Positions 36,866 to 45,036 of a stretch of 64,000 nt of DNA are shown piece by piece. Made by a program: the position numbers and the translations under genes. The stretch comes from Escherichia phage 55, in the sequence record OQ599310; one strand, 5' to 3'. Each line of letters opens with the position of its first letter. Position 1 is the stretch's first letter. The notes under the pieces are model-generated. The model was given only the letters and a program-made list of their open reading frames with translations. It searched no databases and was not told the origin of the DNA.

Positions 36866-37764
36866 TGGCTATTTTCCGCGTACCAATCTTGAGTATGCGG
36901 TCTTATGAAACTGGACAGTATGCTATCCTTAAGGATGGCAACTTCCAACTTCATTTGCACCGTGCTAATCCAGGTGATGTGATTACATATCCACGTAATG
37001 CATCTGATATTAAAGAATGCGAACGTCTTTTCCCAGAATTTAAGTTTGTTCCATTATGGTATAAAGATAACGCGTATAACACTCGTAAATATTTCTGGTC
37101 TGAAAATGAATTTGTGGTTGATTCATTAATTGCTTATTATGATTGTGATTTTCTAATCACAGATATCACCGGATATGACGGCGCTTTTGATGTTGAATTC
37201 AATTTCAATATCACTGCAGACCCTAATAAACCACGTTTTTATATTGACGAATTCTTAAAAACCGATATGTTGTCGGTTAATCGTTCACTTCAAACTACTG
37301 TGTTGAATGAACGTCAAAAAGAAGTGCTGGTTAACGCAGGTGCAGATGGTAATAAGATTATCGTAACGCAGAAAGTTATACGTCCTTCCATCATGCAGCG
37401 TCTTGTAGGTGATTTGGCCCCTATTCATCTAGATGGTATTTTTCATCCATTTCGAATTAGTGACCCATGCTATCGTTTTGAACAAGTGGTTGAATGTGCA
37501 ATTCAATTAGGTCAACCGCTTTATATAACCGATCCAAATAATAGTTTCGACAGAAATAAGTATCCTGAAGAAGCGCTGATTCGAATTTTTAAACCAACTA
37601 AAACTGAGTACTATCAAATTCTTAAAGGACGACCGAAGATTCAATATTTCGAAAATCCTGAAGAAGTATTCCATCCAGGTCTTGGCGAGTTCATCTACTT
37701 TAATGCTTTAATTTCTTCGCCGTATAATATACCTAAATACGAAGATGTCGTAATCGAGGAATAA
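36865..37764 (+). CDS. hypothetical protein (299 aa) at the T4 beta-gt locus
   Basis: TAATG-coupled to gene 42; no family motif recognised; not similar to T4 beta-gt as recalled. Confidence 0.6.
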   Translation: MAIFRVPILSMRSYETGQYAILKDGNFQLHLHRANPGDVITYPRNASDIKECERLFPEFKFVPLWYKDNAYNTRKYFWSENEFVVDSLIAYYDCDFLITDITGYDGAFDVEFNFNITADPNKPRFYIDEFLKTDMLSVNRSLQTTVLNERQKEVLVNAGADGNKIIVTQKVIRPSIMQRLVGDLAPIHLDGIFHPFRISDPCYRFEQVVECAIQLGQPLYITDPNNSFDRNKYPEEALIRIFKPTKTEYYQILKGRPKIQYFENPEEVFHPGLGEFIYFNALISSPYNIPKYEDVVIEE

Positions 37765-37765
37765 A

Positions 37766-38314
37766 ATGGCTAAAATTATTTTAGTAGATGGCCCAGATAA
37801 TGCCGGTAAAACAACTTTCATTAATGACATAATGGAAATTAGTGAAAGATACGTAAAGATTGATTTCCCTAAACGAACAGTTGATGGACGTTTCGATGTT
37901 AAGTCTCGAAATGAAGTTGGTTGTTTCGAAACGATGTTGAATTATTTAGACCCTACTAAGATTTATCTGTTAGACCGTGGATATATTAGTAACTGGGTTT
38001 ATGGACGTATTCGACAAGATGCGGACTCTGTTCTTGATGTTTATGAGCAGGATTATGTTCGTCTTTGCCAAAACCATGATGTGTTCACAATTATTTTAAC
38101 ACGTAACGAAATGACTGAAAGTTTTGAAGACGACCTTATTACTTTGTCTTCATTCGGTTTTAATACAGTCATTTCACATTTTGAAGAGTTTGCAATTCAT
38201 AACAAAATCCAAACGTATCAATTACTTAATCATGATGGTGCTAACAAAGTTATAGGATTTAATGCAAGCGAACGTAATGGTTTGATTATAGAAATCATCA
38301 AATGGGCTCGTTAA
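37766..38314 (+). CDS. P-loop kinase-like protein
   Basis: ILVDGPDNAGKTTF Walker A near N-terminus, typical of small (d)NMP/nucleoside kinases. Confidence 0.5.
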   Translation: MAKIILVDGPDNAGKTTFINDIMEISERYVKIDFPKRTVDGRFDVKSRNEVGCFETMLNYLDPTKIYLLDRGYISNWVYGRIRQDADSVLDVYEQDYVRLCQNHDVFTIILTRNEMTESFEDDLITLSSFGFNTVISHFEEFAIHNKIQTYQLLNHDGANKVIGFNASERNGLIIEIIKWAR

Positions 38315-38332
38315 GAGCCATTTAAAGTTTTA

Positions 38333-38359
38333 AATGCTGTATAACCCTTAGTATATAAT
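38333..38359 (+). promoter_or_regulatory. middle promoter of uvsX (MotA-box-like + TATAAT)
   Basis: aaTGCTgtA 38333..38341, 12-nt gap, TATAAT 38354..38359. Confidence 0.45.
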
Positions 38360-38412
38360 CATCTTATCTTTTAAACATGAGTAAAATATAATGACGCCTA
38401 TGGAAAAATACA

Positions 38413-39585
38413 ATGTCTGATTTAAAATCTCGTCTGATTAAAGCTTCTACTTCTAAAATGACTGCAGACTTGACTAAGTCTAAGCTGTTTAATAATCGTG
38501 ATGAAGTCCCTACTCGTATTCCGATGTTGAATATCGCACTAGGTGGTGCTCTGAATGCAGGATTGCAATCAGGCTTGACTATTTTTGCTGCACCTTCTAA
38601 ACATTTTAAAACATTGTTTGGACTAACTATGGTTGCAGCGTATATGAAGAAATATAAAGATGCAATCTGTTTGTTCTATGACTCAGAATTTGGTGCTTCA
38701 GAATCTTATTTTCGTTCAATGGGTGTTGATTTAGACCGTGTAGTTCATACACCAATTCAGTCCGTCGAACAACTTAAAGTTGATATGACTAATCAGCTTG
38801 ACGCGATTGAACGCGGTGATAAAGTTATTATCTTTATCGATTCAATCGGTAATACTGCATCTAAGAAAGAAACCGAAGATGCATTGAACGAGAAAGTCGT
38901 AGGTGATATGTCTCGTGCTAAGGCACTTAAATCTCTGTTCCGTATTGTGACCCCGTATCTGACTATTAAAGATATTCCATGTGTTGCAATTAACCATACA
39001 GCAATGGAAATCGGCGGACTATATCCTAAAGAGATTATGGGTGGTGGTACAGGTATTCTTTACTCTGCTAACACTGTATTCTTTATCTCTAAACGTCAGG
39101 TTAAAGAAGGTACAGAATTGACCGGTTATGACTTCACGTTGAAAGCAGAAAAATCTCGTACAGTTAAAGAAAAATCTACTTTCCCAATCACAGTTAATTT
39201 TGATGGTGGTATCGACCCATTCAGTGGCTTGTTAGAAATGGCAACTGAAATTGGATTTGTTGTTAAGCCTAAAGCCGGGTGGTACGCTCGCGAATTCCTT
39301 GACGAAGAAACAGGCGAAATGATTCGTGAAGAGAAATCGTGGCGTGCTAAAGCTACTGATTGTGTAGAATTCTGGGGACCTTTGTTTAAACACAAACCTT
39401 TCAGAGATGCAATTGAAACTAAATATAAACTAGGTGCTATCTCTTCTATTAAAGAAGTTGATGACGCTGTTAACGACCTTATTAATTGCAAAGCAACAAC
39501 TAAAGTTCCTGTTAAAGCTTCTGATGCTCCGTCTGCAGCAGATATTGAAAACGACCTTGACGAAATGGAAGATTTCGATGAATAA
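38413..39585 (+). CDS. uvsX: RecA-like recombinase UvsX
   Basis: 390 aa; MSDLKSRLIKASTSK...; matches T4 UvsX as recalled. Confidence 0.95.
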   Translation: MSDLKSRLIKASTSKMTADLTKSKLFNNRDEVPTRIPMLNIALGGALNAGLQSGLTIFAAPSKHFKTLFGLTMVAAYMKKYKDAICLFYDSEFGASESYFRSMGVDLDRVVHTPIQSVEQLKVDMTNQLDAIERGDKVIIFIDSIGNTASKKETEDALNEKVVGDMSRAKALKSLFRIVTPYLTIKDIPCVAINHTAMEIGGLYPKEIMGGGTGILYSANTVFFISKRQVKEGTELTGYDFTLKAEKSRTVKEKSTFPITVNFDGGIDPFSGLLEMATEIGFVVKPKAGWYAREFLDEETGEMIREEKSWRAKATDCVEFWGPLFKHKPFRDAIETKYKLGAISSIKEVDDAVNDLINCKATTKVPVKASDAPSAADIENDLDEMEDFDE

Positions 39586-39919
39586 TCTCGATGATTTAAA
39601 TCTAGAAATCGTTGATGAATCCCCTTCTTCGGAAGGGGAAGACATTCGCAAAGAACGAGTGTTTAATGAATCTCTTAAAATTATCCGTTCAGCAATGGAA
39701 AATGTCATTCAAGAGATTCTGATTACACTTGAAGATGGTTCTCATCATATAGTCTATATTACAAAACTAGACTGGGTTGATGGTAAAATCGTAATGGACT
39801 TTGCAGTTCTTGACCAGGACAGAAAAGCAGAACTTGCACCGCATGTTGAAAAATGTGTTACAATGCAAGTACAACAAGCTTTTAATGAACGGGCCAAGAA
39901 AAAATTTAAATTCTTTTAA
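39578..39919 (+). CDS. 40: gp40-like protein
   Basis: ATG 39578 overlapping uvsX stop; track ORF 39434 is an implausible in-frame extension inside uvsX. Confidence 0.6.
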   Translation: MNNLDDLNLEIVDESPSSEGEDIRKERVFNESLKIIRSAMENVIQEILITLEDGSHHIVYITKLDWVDGKIVMDFAVLDQDRKAELAPHVEKCVTMQVQQAFNERAKKKFKFF

Positions 39920-39928
39920 GGAGTTATC

Positions 39929-41371
39929 GTGGTAGAAATTATTTTGTCTCATCTAGTATATGACCAGGCTTATTTTTCTAAGGTCTGGCCTTATATGGAT
40001 TCTGATTACTTTGAGCGTGGACCGGCAAAAAACGTCTTTAAAATTATAAAGAGCCACGTTAACGAATATAATGCAATGCCATCTATCAATGCATTAAAGG
40101 TGGCTTTAGATAACAGTTCTTTAACTGAAGCTGAATATAAAGGAACTTCAGACCTAATTGAAAAATTGGCTGATACTCCTGAAGACCATGAATGGCTGGT
40201 TAAAGAAACTGAGAAATATGTCCAGCAAAAAGCGATGTATAATGCTACATCCAAAATCATTGAGATTCAGTCTAATGCTGAACTACCTCCAGAACAACGT
40301 AACAAGAAAATGCCTGACGTAGGAGCTATTCCTGATATTATGCGTCAAGCACTTTCAATTTCGTTCGATAGTTATGTTGGACATGACTGGATGGAAGACT
40401 ACGAAGCACGCTGGCTTTCTTATCTAAATAAAGCACGTAAGGTCCCGTTCAAATTAAACATTTTGAATAAAATCACCAAAGGCGGTGCAGAAACAGGTAC
40501 ACTAAACGTTTTAATGGCTGGTGTTAACGTTGGTAAATCTTTAGGCCTTTGTTCACTTGCTGCAGATTATCTTCAAACAGGACATAATGTTCTTTATATT
40601 TCCATGGAAATGGCTGAAGAAGTTTGTGCTAAGCGTATAGATGCAAATATGCTTGACGTATCGCTCGATGATATCGATGATGGTAACGTATCTTATGCTG
40701 AATATAAAGCCAAGATGGAAAAATGGCGTTCAAAATCCACATTAGGACGTTTAGTAGTTAAACAGTATCCTACCGGCGGAGCTAATGCTAATACATTCCG
40801 TGCATTGCTTAATGAATTGAAACTCAAGAAGAACTTTGTGCCATCTGTAATCATGGTTGATTACTTAGGTATTTGTGGGTCTTGTCGTATCAGAGTTTAC
40901 ACTGAAAATAGCTACACATTAGTTAAAGCTATCGCAGAAGAACTTCGTGCATTAGCAGTAGAATCTGAAACAGTTCTATGGACTGCAGCTCAAGTAGGAC
41001 GTGCAGCATGGGATGCTTCGGACATGAACATGAGTGATATCGCAGAATCAGCAGGTTTACCAGCAACGGCAGATTTCATGTTGGCCGTAATTGAAACCGA
41101 AGAACTTGCACAAGCTGAACAACAACTTATCAAACAAATCAAATCACGATATGGCGATAAGAATAAGTGGAACAAGTTCTTGATGGGTGTACGTAAAGGC
41201 AACCAGAAATGGATTGAGATTGAGCAAGAAGGCGTGAACACCCCTAACACCGTAAATGAAAACGCAGGTGCTCAGATGCGTCAGGCAGAGGTGAATCGTA
41301 CGGAACGCGTAGGTAAAGCCAAAGCAACACGTGCTGACCTAGATAGCTTAGCCAATGAGTTAAAATTTTAA
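39929..41371 (+). CDS. 41: replicative DNA helicase gp41 (DnaB-like)
   Basis: MVEIILSHLVYDQAYFSKVWPYMDS...; Walker A GVNVGKS; GTG start after AAGGAG RBS. Confidence 0.95.
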   Translation: MVEIILSHLVYDQAYFSKVWPYMDSDYFERGPAKNVFKIIKSHVNEYNAMPSINALKVALDNSSLTEAEYKGTSDLIEKLADTPEDHEWLVKETEKYVQQKAMYNATSKIIEIQSNAELPPEQRNKKMPDVGAIPDIMRQALSISFDSYVGHDWMEDYEARWLSYLNKARKVPFKLNILNKITKGGAETGTLNVLMAGVNVGKSLGLCSLAADYLQTGHNVLYISMEMAEEVCAKRIDANMLDVSLDDIDDGNVSYAEYKAKMEKWRSKSTLGRLVVKQYPTGGANANTFRALLNELKLKKNFVPSVIMVDYLGICGSCRIRVYTENSYTLVKAIAEELRALAVESETVLWTAAQVGRAAWDASDMNMSDIAESAGLPATADFMLAVIETEELAQAEQQLIKQIKSRYGDKNKWNKFLMGVRKGNQKWIEIEQEGVNTPNTVNENAGAQMRQAEVNRTERVGKAKATRADLDSLANELKF

Positions 41372-41377
41372 TAAAAA

Positions 41378-41397
41378 GGAGACTTCGGTCTCCTTTC
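41378..41397 (+). terminator. stem-loop terminator with UUCG tetraloop after gene 41
   Basis: GGAGAC-TTCG-GTCTCC + TTTC. Confidence 0.55.
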
Positions 41398-41458
41398 GGG
41401 GTTTACATCTTCCTCTAGGCATGATATGATGAACTTACACAAACCAAGAGGAAACATT

Positions 41459-41833
41459 ATGAATATGTCTCAAGCAATTTTTACTGCAATCACCGAAAAC
41501 ACAACTGTTGAAGTAGTTTCTCCGCTGGCAACCTACGTTATTCTTGCTCCTAAAACTATTGTATCTCGTATGGAAAACATGGGCAAACGTATCGTACAAA
41601 TCGTTGGAGCCGGAAATCAAAAACTTGATTATCTGCGAACCATCAAAGCTTATGAACATTTCCAACTCGAAAAAGGTTCTCCTATCCAGGTAGAACTCGT
41701 AAATGGTGATATCGTTCGAGCAATGTTCCATCATTTCTATGCATTGAATGACCCATCTAAAGCGGTTCGTTTAATTGCATACGACGCAAACCAAAACGAA
41801 ATCAATGCAGATATATCTAAATTACGTTTTTAA
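41459..41833 (+). CDS. hypothetical protein (124 aa)
   Basis: AGAGGAAA RBS before ATG 41459. Confidence 0.55.
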   Translation: MNMSQAIFTAITENTTVEVVSPLATYVILAPKTIVSRMENMGKRIVQIVGAGNQKLDYLRTIKAYEHFQLEKGSPIQVELVNGDIVRAMFHHFYALNDPSKAVRLIAYDANQNEINADISKLRF

Positions 41834-41880
41834 GTTTACTTCTCCAGTAGTTGTGTTATTATAGACCTATCAACTACTGG
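41834..41880 (+). promoter_or_regulatory. early promoter with 10-bp inverted repeat whose downstream arm overlaps the RBS
   Basis: GTTTAC 41834..41839, TATTAT 41857..41862; CCAGTAGTTG 41844..41853 / CAACTACTGG 41871..41880. Confidence 0.55.
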
Positions 41881-41888
41881 AGAACAAA

Positions 41889-42206
41889 ATGAAAACCATC
41901 GATTGTAAAGCAGAATTTAAGATTTTTTATCACGGTTCAAGTAGTTCAGTTAACATCGAAAACATGCTTTGTCCTCCTGAAGAAACAGGAGTTCTGTCTG
42001 AAACTGGACGTAAGAAAAACTTGGATCGTGTATTCTTTACTGAAGATATCGGTTTAGCAAAGATTTATGCAGGACGAGCAGCACGCTCTTATGGAGGTGA
42101 ACCACGTCTCTATCGAGTAATTTCTCCGGTAGACGTAGTTCAAATGAATGATACTAAAGGTGCTACAGTTTATCACGCTGAATGGGCCTTCTGTGAGGAA
42201 ATCTAA
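41889..42206 (+). CDS. Arr-like (rifampin ADP-ribosyltransferase family) fold protein
   Basis: FYHGSSS...RVFFTEDIGLAKIYAGRAA...GEPRLYRVISP parallels Arr motifs FYHGTKA...HIYFS...GYIYIVEPTGP as recalled. Confidence 0.4.
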   Translation: MKTIDCKAEFKIFYHGSSSSVNIENMLCPPEETGVLSETGRKKNLDRVFFTEDIGLAKIYAGRAARSYGGEPRLYRVISPVDVVQMNDTKGATVYHAEWAFCEEI

Positions 42207-42213
42207 AATGGAA
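42195..42213 (+). repeat. 19-nt gene-junction repeat copy 1 (GAGGAAATCTAAAATGGAA)
   Basis: exact duplicate at 42400..42418. Confidence 0.8.
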
Positions 42214-42411
42214 AATATGGCTAAAGTGTTGTTTATTGGTTGGTTTGAAAATGGGAATATGTTTACCAAAGAAGTTACCATGGACGTGTCTGATAAAGAC
42301 CAAATCCTACGGGCCACTTCTCAATTTGCTGAAGTAAATAAAGCTTTAGTTGAAGCATTTGTTGATGATAAGAAAGTTTTTGAATCCGATTGGCGTAAAG
42401 AGGAAATCTAA
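42208..42411 (+). CDS. hypothetical small protein (67 aa)
   Basis: GAGGAAA RBS before ATG 42208. Confidence 0.5.
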   Translation: MENMAKVLFIGWFENGNMFTKEVTMDVSDKDQILRATSQFAEVNKALVEAFVDDKKVFESDWRKEEI

Positions 42412-42418
42412 AATGGAA
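42400..42418 (+). repeat. 19-nt gene-junction repeat copy 2
   Basis: exact duplicate of 42195..42213. Confidence 0.8.
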
Positions 42419-42553
42419 GAAGTAGAATGTGTAGTGTGTGGTTGTAGCGTCTATGAAGACGAAGCTGTTTTCGATGCATATGATAATGCGACTTGTTTAG
42501 ACTGCGACCGTGAATCTGAAGAACATGCTTACGAGCATGAAGACGAGGAATAA
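42413..42553 (+). CDS. small acidic zinc-ribbon protein
   Basis: CVVCGC...CLDC pairs; 46 aa. Confidence 0.5.
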   Translation: MEEVECVVCGCSVYEDEAVFDAYDNATCLDCDRESEEHAYEHEDEE

Positions 42554-42565
42554 AATAAAATAATT

Positions 42566-42600
42566 GTTTACAGGGGTCTATGGTAGTGATACTATAGACC
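42566..42600 (+). promoter_or_regulatory. early promoter (GTTTAC + conserved ACTATAGACCTATC box; GGTCTAT/ATAGACC inverted repeat)
   Basis: GTTTAC 42566..42571. Confidence 0.5.
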
Positions 42601-42623
42601 TATCAACTATAGAGGAAATTGAA

Positions 42624-42992
42624 ATGAAAAAATTAATCGCTTTAGCAATGGTATTTGGATTAACCGGATGTGGTGCTCATGGCTTTATCCCTAATAACGT
42701 TGGCCAATTGATTTATAACCCGAATGTTAAACAGTATAACCAACCTAAAGTTGAAGTGGAAGACCCGGTTACTGTAGGTAATCGAATGATTCAAGCTGAT
42801 GCTCATGCTCAACGTTATCGTGACTCTGATACTGTAGCTATGTCAAAAGAACAACGCGTTAAAGAACATTGTCTACAGGCTACTGAAATCGCATTTATTC
42901 GCTATGTTGAAACAACTGGTAAAGAGCCTACCCAGAAACAAATCGCGAATAACTACGTCCAGTGTATTGAACGTTTAAACAAATTTAATTAA
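42624..42992 (+). CDS. predicted lipoprotein
   Basis: MKKLIALAMVFGLTGC lipobox; AGAGGAAA RBS before ATG 42624. Confidence 0.5.
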   Translation: MKKLIALAMVFGLTGCGAHGFIPNNVGQLIYNPNVKQYNQPKVEVEDPVTVGNRMIQADAHAQRYRDSDTVAMSKEQRVKEHCLQATEIAFIRYVETTGKEPTQKQIANNYVQCIERLNKFN

Positions 42993-43053
42993 TTGGTTTA
43001 CACCAAAGTTAAACCAAGATACTATAAACATAACAAATCAAGAGGAAATTAAC

Positions 43054-43302
43054 ATGGAATTATTCGTGGCTAGTTCAGTAGCAGTTTTAATCGCAGGTAT
43101 TGGTTCAATCATCATTTACATGTTGCCTTGGGTAATCGCACTTATTCGTGGCACAAAAAGCACAACAGCAATCTTCTTTGTATCTTTACTCTTTAACTGG
43201 ACGATGGTTGGTTGGATTGGAACTTTAATTTGGTCTATCGTTGCCGAAAAGAAATCGGCTCAGCAGCCTCAACAAGTAATTATTATTCGCGAAAAAGAAT
43301 AA
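43054..43302 (+). CDS. small two-TM membrane protein
   Basis: two hydrophobic helices separated by RGTK. Confidence 0.55.
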   Translation: MELFVASSVAVLIAGIGSIIIYMLPWVIALIRGTKSTTAIFFVSLLFNWTMVGWIGTLIWSIVAEKKSAQQPQQVIIIREKE

Positions 43303-43306
43303 ACTT

Positions 43307-43345
43307 GTTTACATTATAGATGGACTATAGTATAGTAGTCCTATC
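43307..43345 (+). promoter_or_regulatory. early promoter (GTTTAC, TATAGT) with inverted repeat
   Basis: GTTTAC 43307..43312, TATAGT 43331..43336; GGACTA/TAGTCC arms. Confidence 0.5.
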
Positions 43346-43365
43346 AAATCAACTAAGGAGTTAAA

Positions 43366-43659
43366 ATGAAAAAGTTATCATTGGCAGCAATCCTACTTGC
43401 AGTATCATGTGCACCGGCTCCAGTTACGGCAGGTTATGATAAAGACCTCTGTGAGTGGTCAATGACTGCAAATCAAGAAGATGTTGAACAACAAATCTTC
43501 TCTGATATCATGAACATCACTAAACGAGACCGTCCTAATATGGTTAATAAAGTTGTTGAACAACTTAAGTCTGGCGGTATCATGCAGTACAACTATGTTT
43601 TGTATTGTGACCCTAATTTCGATAACAAAGATATCGTAACCGAAATCACAGGTGAATAA
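43366..43659 (+). CDS. exported protein, Spackle (sp)-like by size, signal peptide and position
   Basis: 97 aa; signal peptide MKKLSLAAILLAVSCA; between genes 41 and 61 as T4 sp. Confidence 0.4.
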   Translation: MKKLSLAAILLAVSCAPAPVTAGYDKDLCEWSMTANQEDVEQQIFSDIMNITKRDRPNMVNKVVEQLKSGGIMQYNYVLYCDPNFDNKDIVTEITGE

Positions 43660-43660
43660 T

Positions 43661-44311
43661 ATGATTTATTATATGCACAAAAACGCACCATTTAAATATG
43701 GTAAATTTCCTAATGCACAATGTTATAATATAACGCCGAATGAAAATAATAACGGATACCATATTGGTGTAATTTTTGTAATTGTTAAAGATAACGAAAT
43801 TGTTGCCTGGGCAGATTTTAAAGGTACAACATATGATGTTAATCCAGTGCCTTTCACATATTATAATTTAATGGATTTAGCATACGACTATAATTGGTTT
43901 ACTCATGATACTCTAGCACATGTTGAAGGCGTAGGATTTGACATCTCTTATTCTAGTTATTCATTATGTCCTATGAGCCGAGCTCACGGTAAAGATGTAT
44001 CATATCTTTCAATTCGGAAACGTGTAAACTTCAAACGTAGTACAGAGTATGTTGGTGGACTCTTTGTTAAAGATAATAAAATAACTCGTATTAGTTATCC
44101 TTTAAGTGTAGGTCAAAAAGATGTTGATGTTGATTTAGACTTAACTGAAAGTAACATTAATCGTATTGCTTCTGTATATTTTGATATCGATGAAAAAATT
44201 GTAGTGTGTGGATACGAATTACCACCTGAAGAAAAGGTTGAAGCAATTGAAGTCGAATTAGAAATTTCTGTTGATGACCAAATATTTAATGCATTTATGA
44301 ATCGAGGTTAA
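43661..44311 (+). CDS. hypothetical protein (216 aa) in AT-rich segment
   Basis: ATG 43661 right after upstream stop; markedly AT-rich codon usage. Confidence 0.5.
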   Translation: MIYYMHKNAPFKYGKFPNAQCYNITPNENNNGYHIGVIFVIVKDNEIVAWADFKGTTYDVNPVPFTYYNLMDLAYDYNWFTHDTLAHVEGVGFDISYSSYSLCPMSRAHGKDVSYLSIRKRVNFKRSTEYVGGLFVKDNKITRISYPLSVGQKDVDVDLDLTESNINRIASVYFDIDEKIVVCGYELPPEEKVEAIEVELEISVDDQIFNAFMNRG

Positions 44312-44312
44312 A

Positions 44313-44510
44313 ATGACTACTGCAATTTGCACTGGTTCTAAAATTAGTGTTTTTACAAGTTTTGAAGATTATGAAGTTGTTTCAAAACACCAATACAATA
44401 TTAGCGTAAAAGCTAATGATGGTGTAATTTGGAATATTCCACACTATGAAGACACTACATATGAAGTCACAGATGCGAACGGTGATAAAGCGATCTTTGT
44501 GATTGATTAA
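44313..44510 (+). CDS. hypothetical small protein (65 aa)
   Basis: ORF directly following 43661..44311. Confidence 0.45.
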   Translation: MTTAICTGSKISVFTSFEDYEVVSKHQYNISVKANDGVIWNIPHYEDTTYEVTDANGDKAIFVID

Positions 44511-44529
44511 ATATACTCAGGAGGTACCT

Positions 44530-44997
44530 ATGGGTATTATTAACACTGCAATAGATTCTGTTTACGCATATAAGTTTATTCGACTAATGCAAAAACCTTT
44601 TACCGAATGGAAAGCGTACGAAGCCAAAATAATCGACGAACGTGGAAGTGTTCTTAAACGTCCTTCTACTCCCGAAGAGAAAGCGGCTTATACACCTTTT
44701 CATGCTTCAGTTCGTTCAATGAAGCGAATGATGAGTACTGTTCCAGGTCTTAATGGAATGGCCTCAATGATGTCTGCCTGGAGTGCTGTAGCTTCACGCT
44801 ATAACATTACTGAAGAACAACAGAAAGAAATATTTAAAGAACTCCCTTTATTTGAGGATATGGTTGCTGGTGATTCAGGTGGCAGTCCTCAAGCTATTGC
44901 ATCAGGAACAACTACAGGTGCAGTCGTAAATAAAGGTCCAGAACAAATTCCTTCCAAGAAAAGAAAGCGAATTAAAGTAAATATTAATAAGTTGTGA
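44530..44997 (+). CDS. hypothetical protein (155 aa)
   Basis: AGGAGG RBS before ATG 44530. Confidence 0.5.
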   Translation: MGIINTAIDSVYAYKFIRLMQKPFTEWKAYEAKIIDERGSVLKRPSTPEEKAAYTPFHASVRSMKRMMSTVPGLNGMASMMSAWSAVASRYNITEEQQKEIFKELPLFEDMVAGDSGGSPQAIASGTTTGAVVNKGPEQIPSKKRKRIKVNINKL

Positions 44998-45036
44998 TAA
45001 GATGGCCTTATTAATTTAAGGCCTCTGGAGAATACT

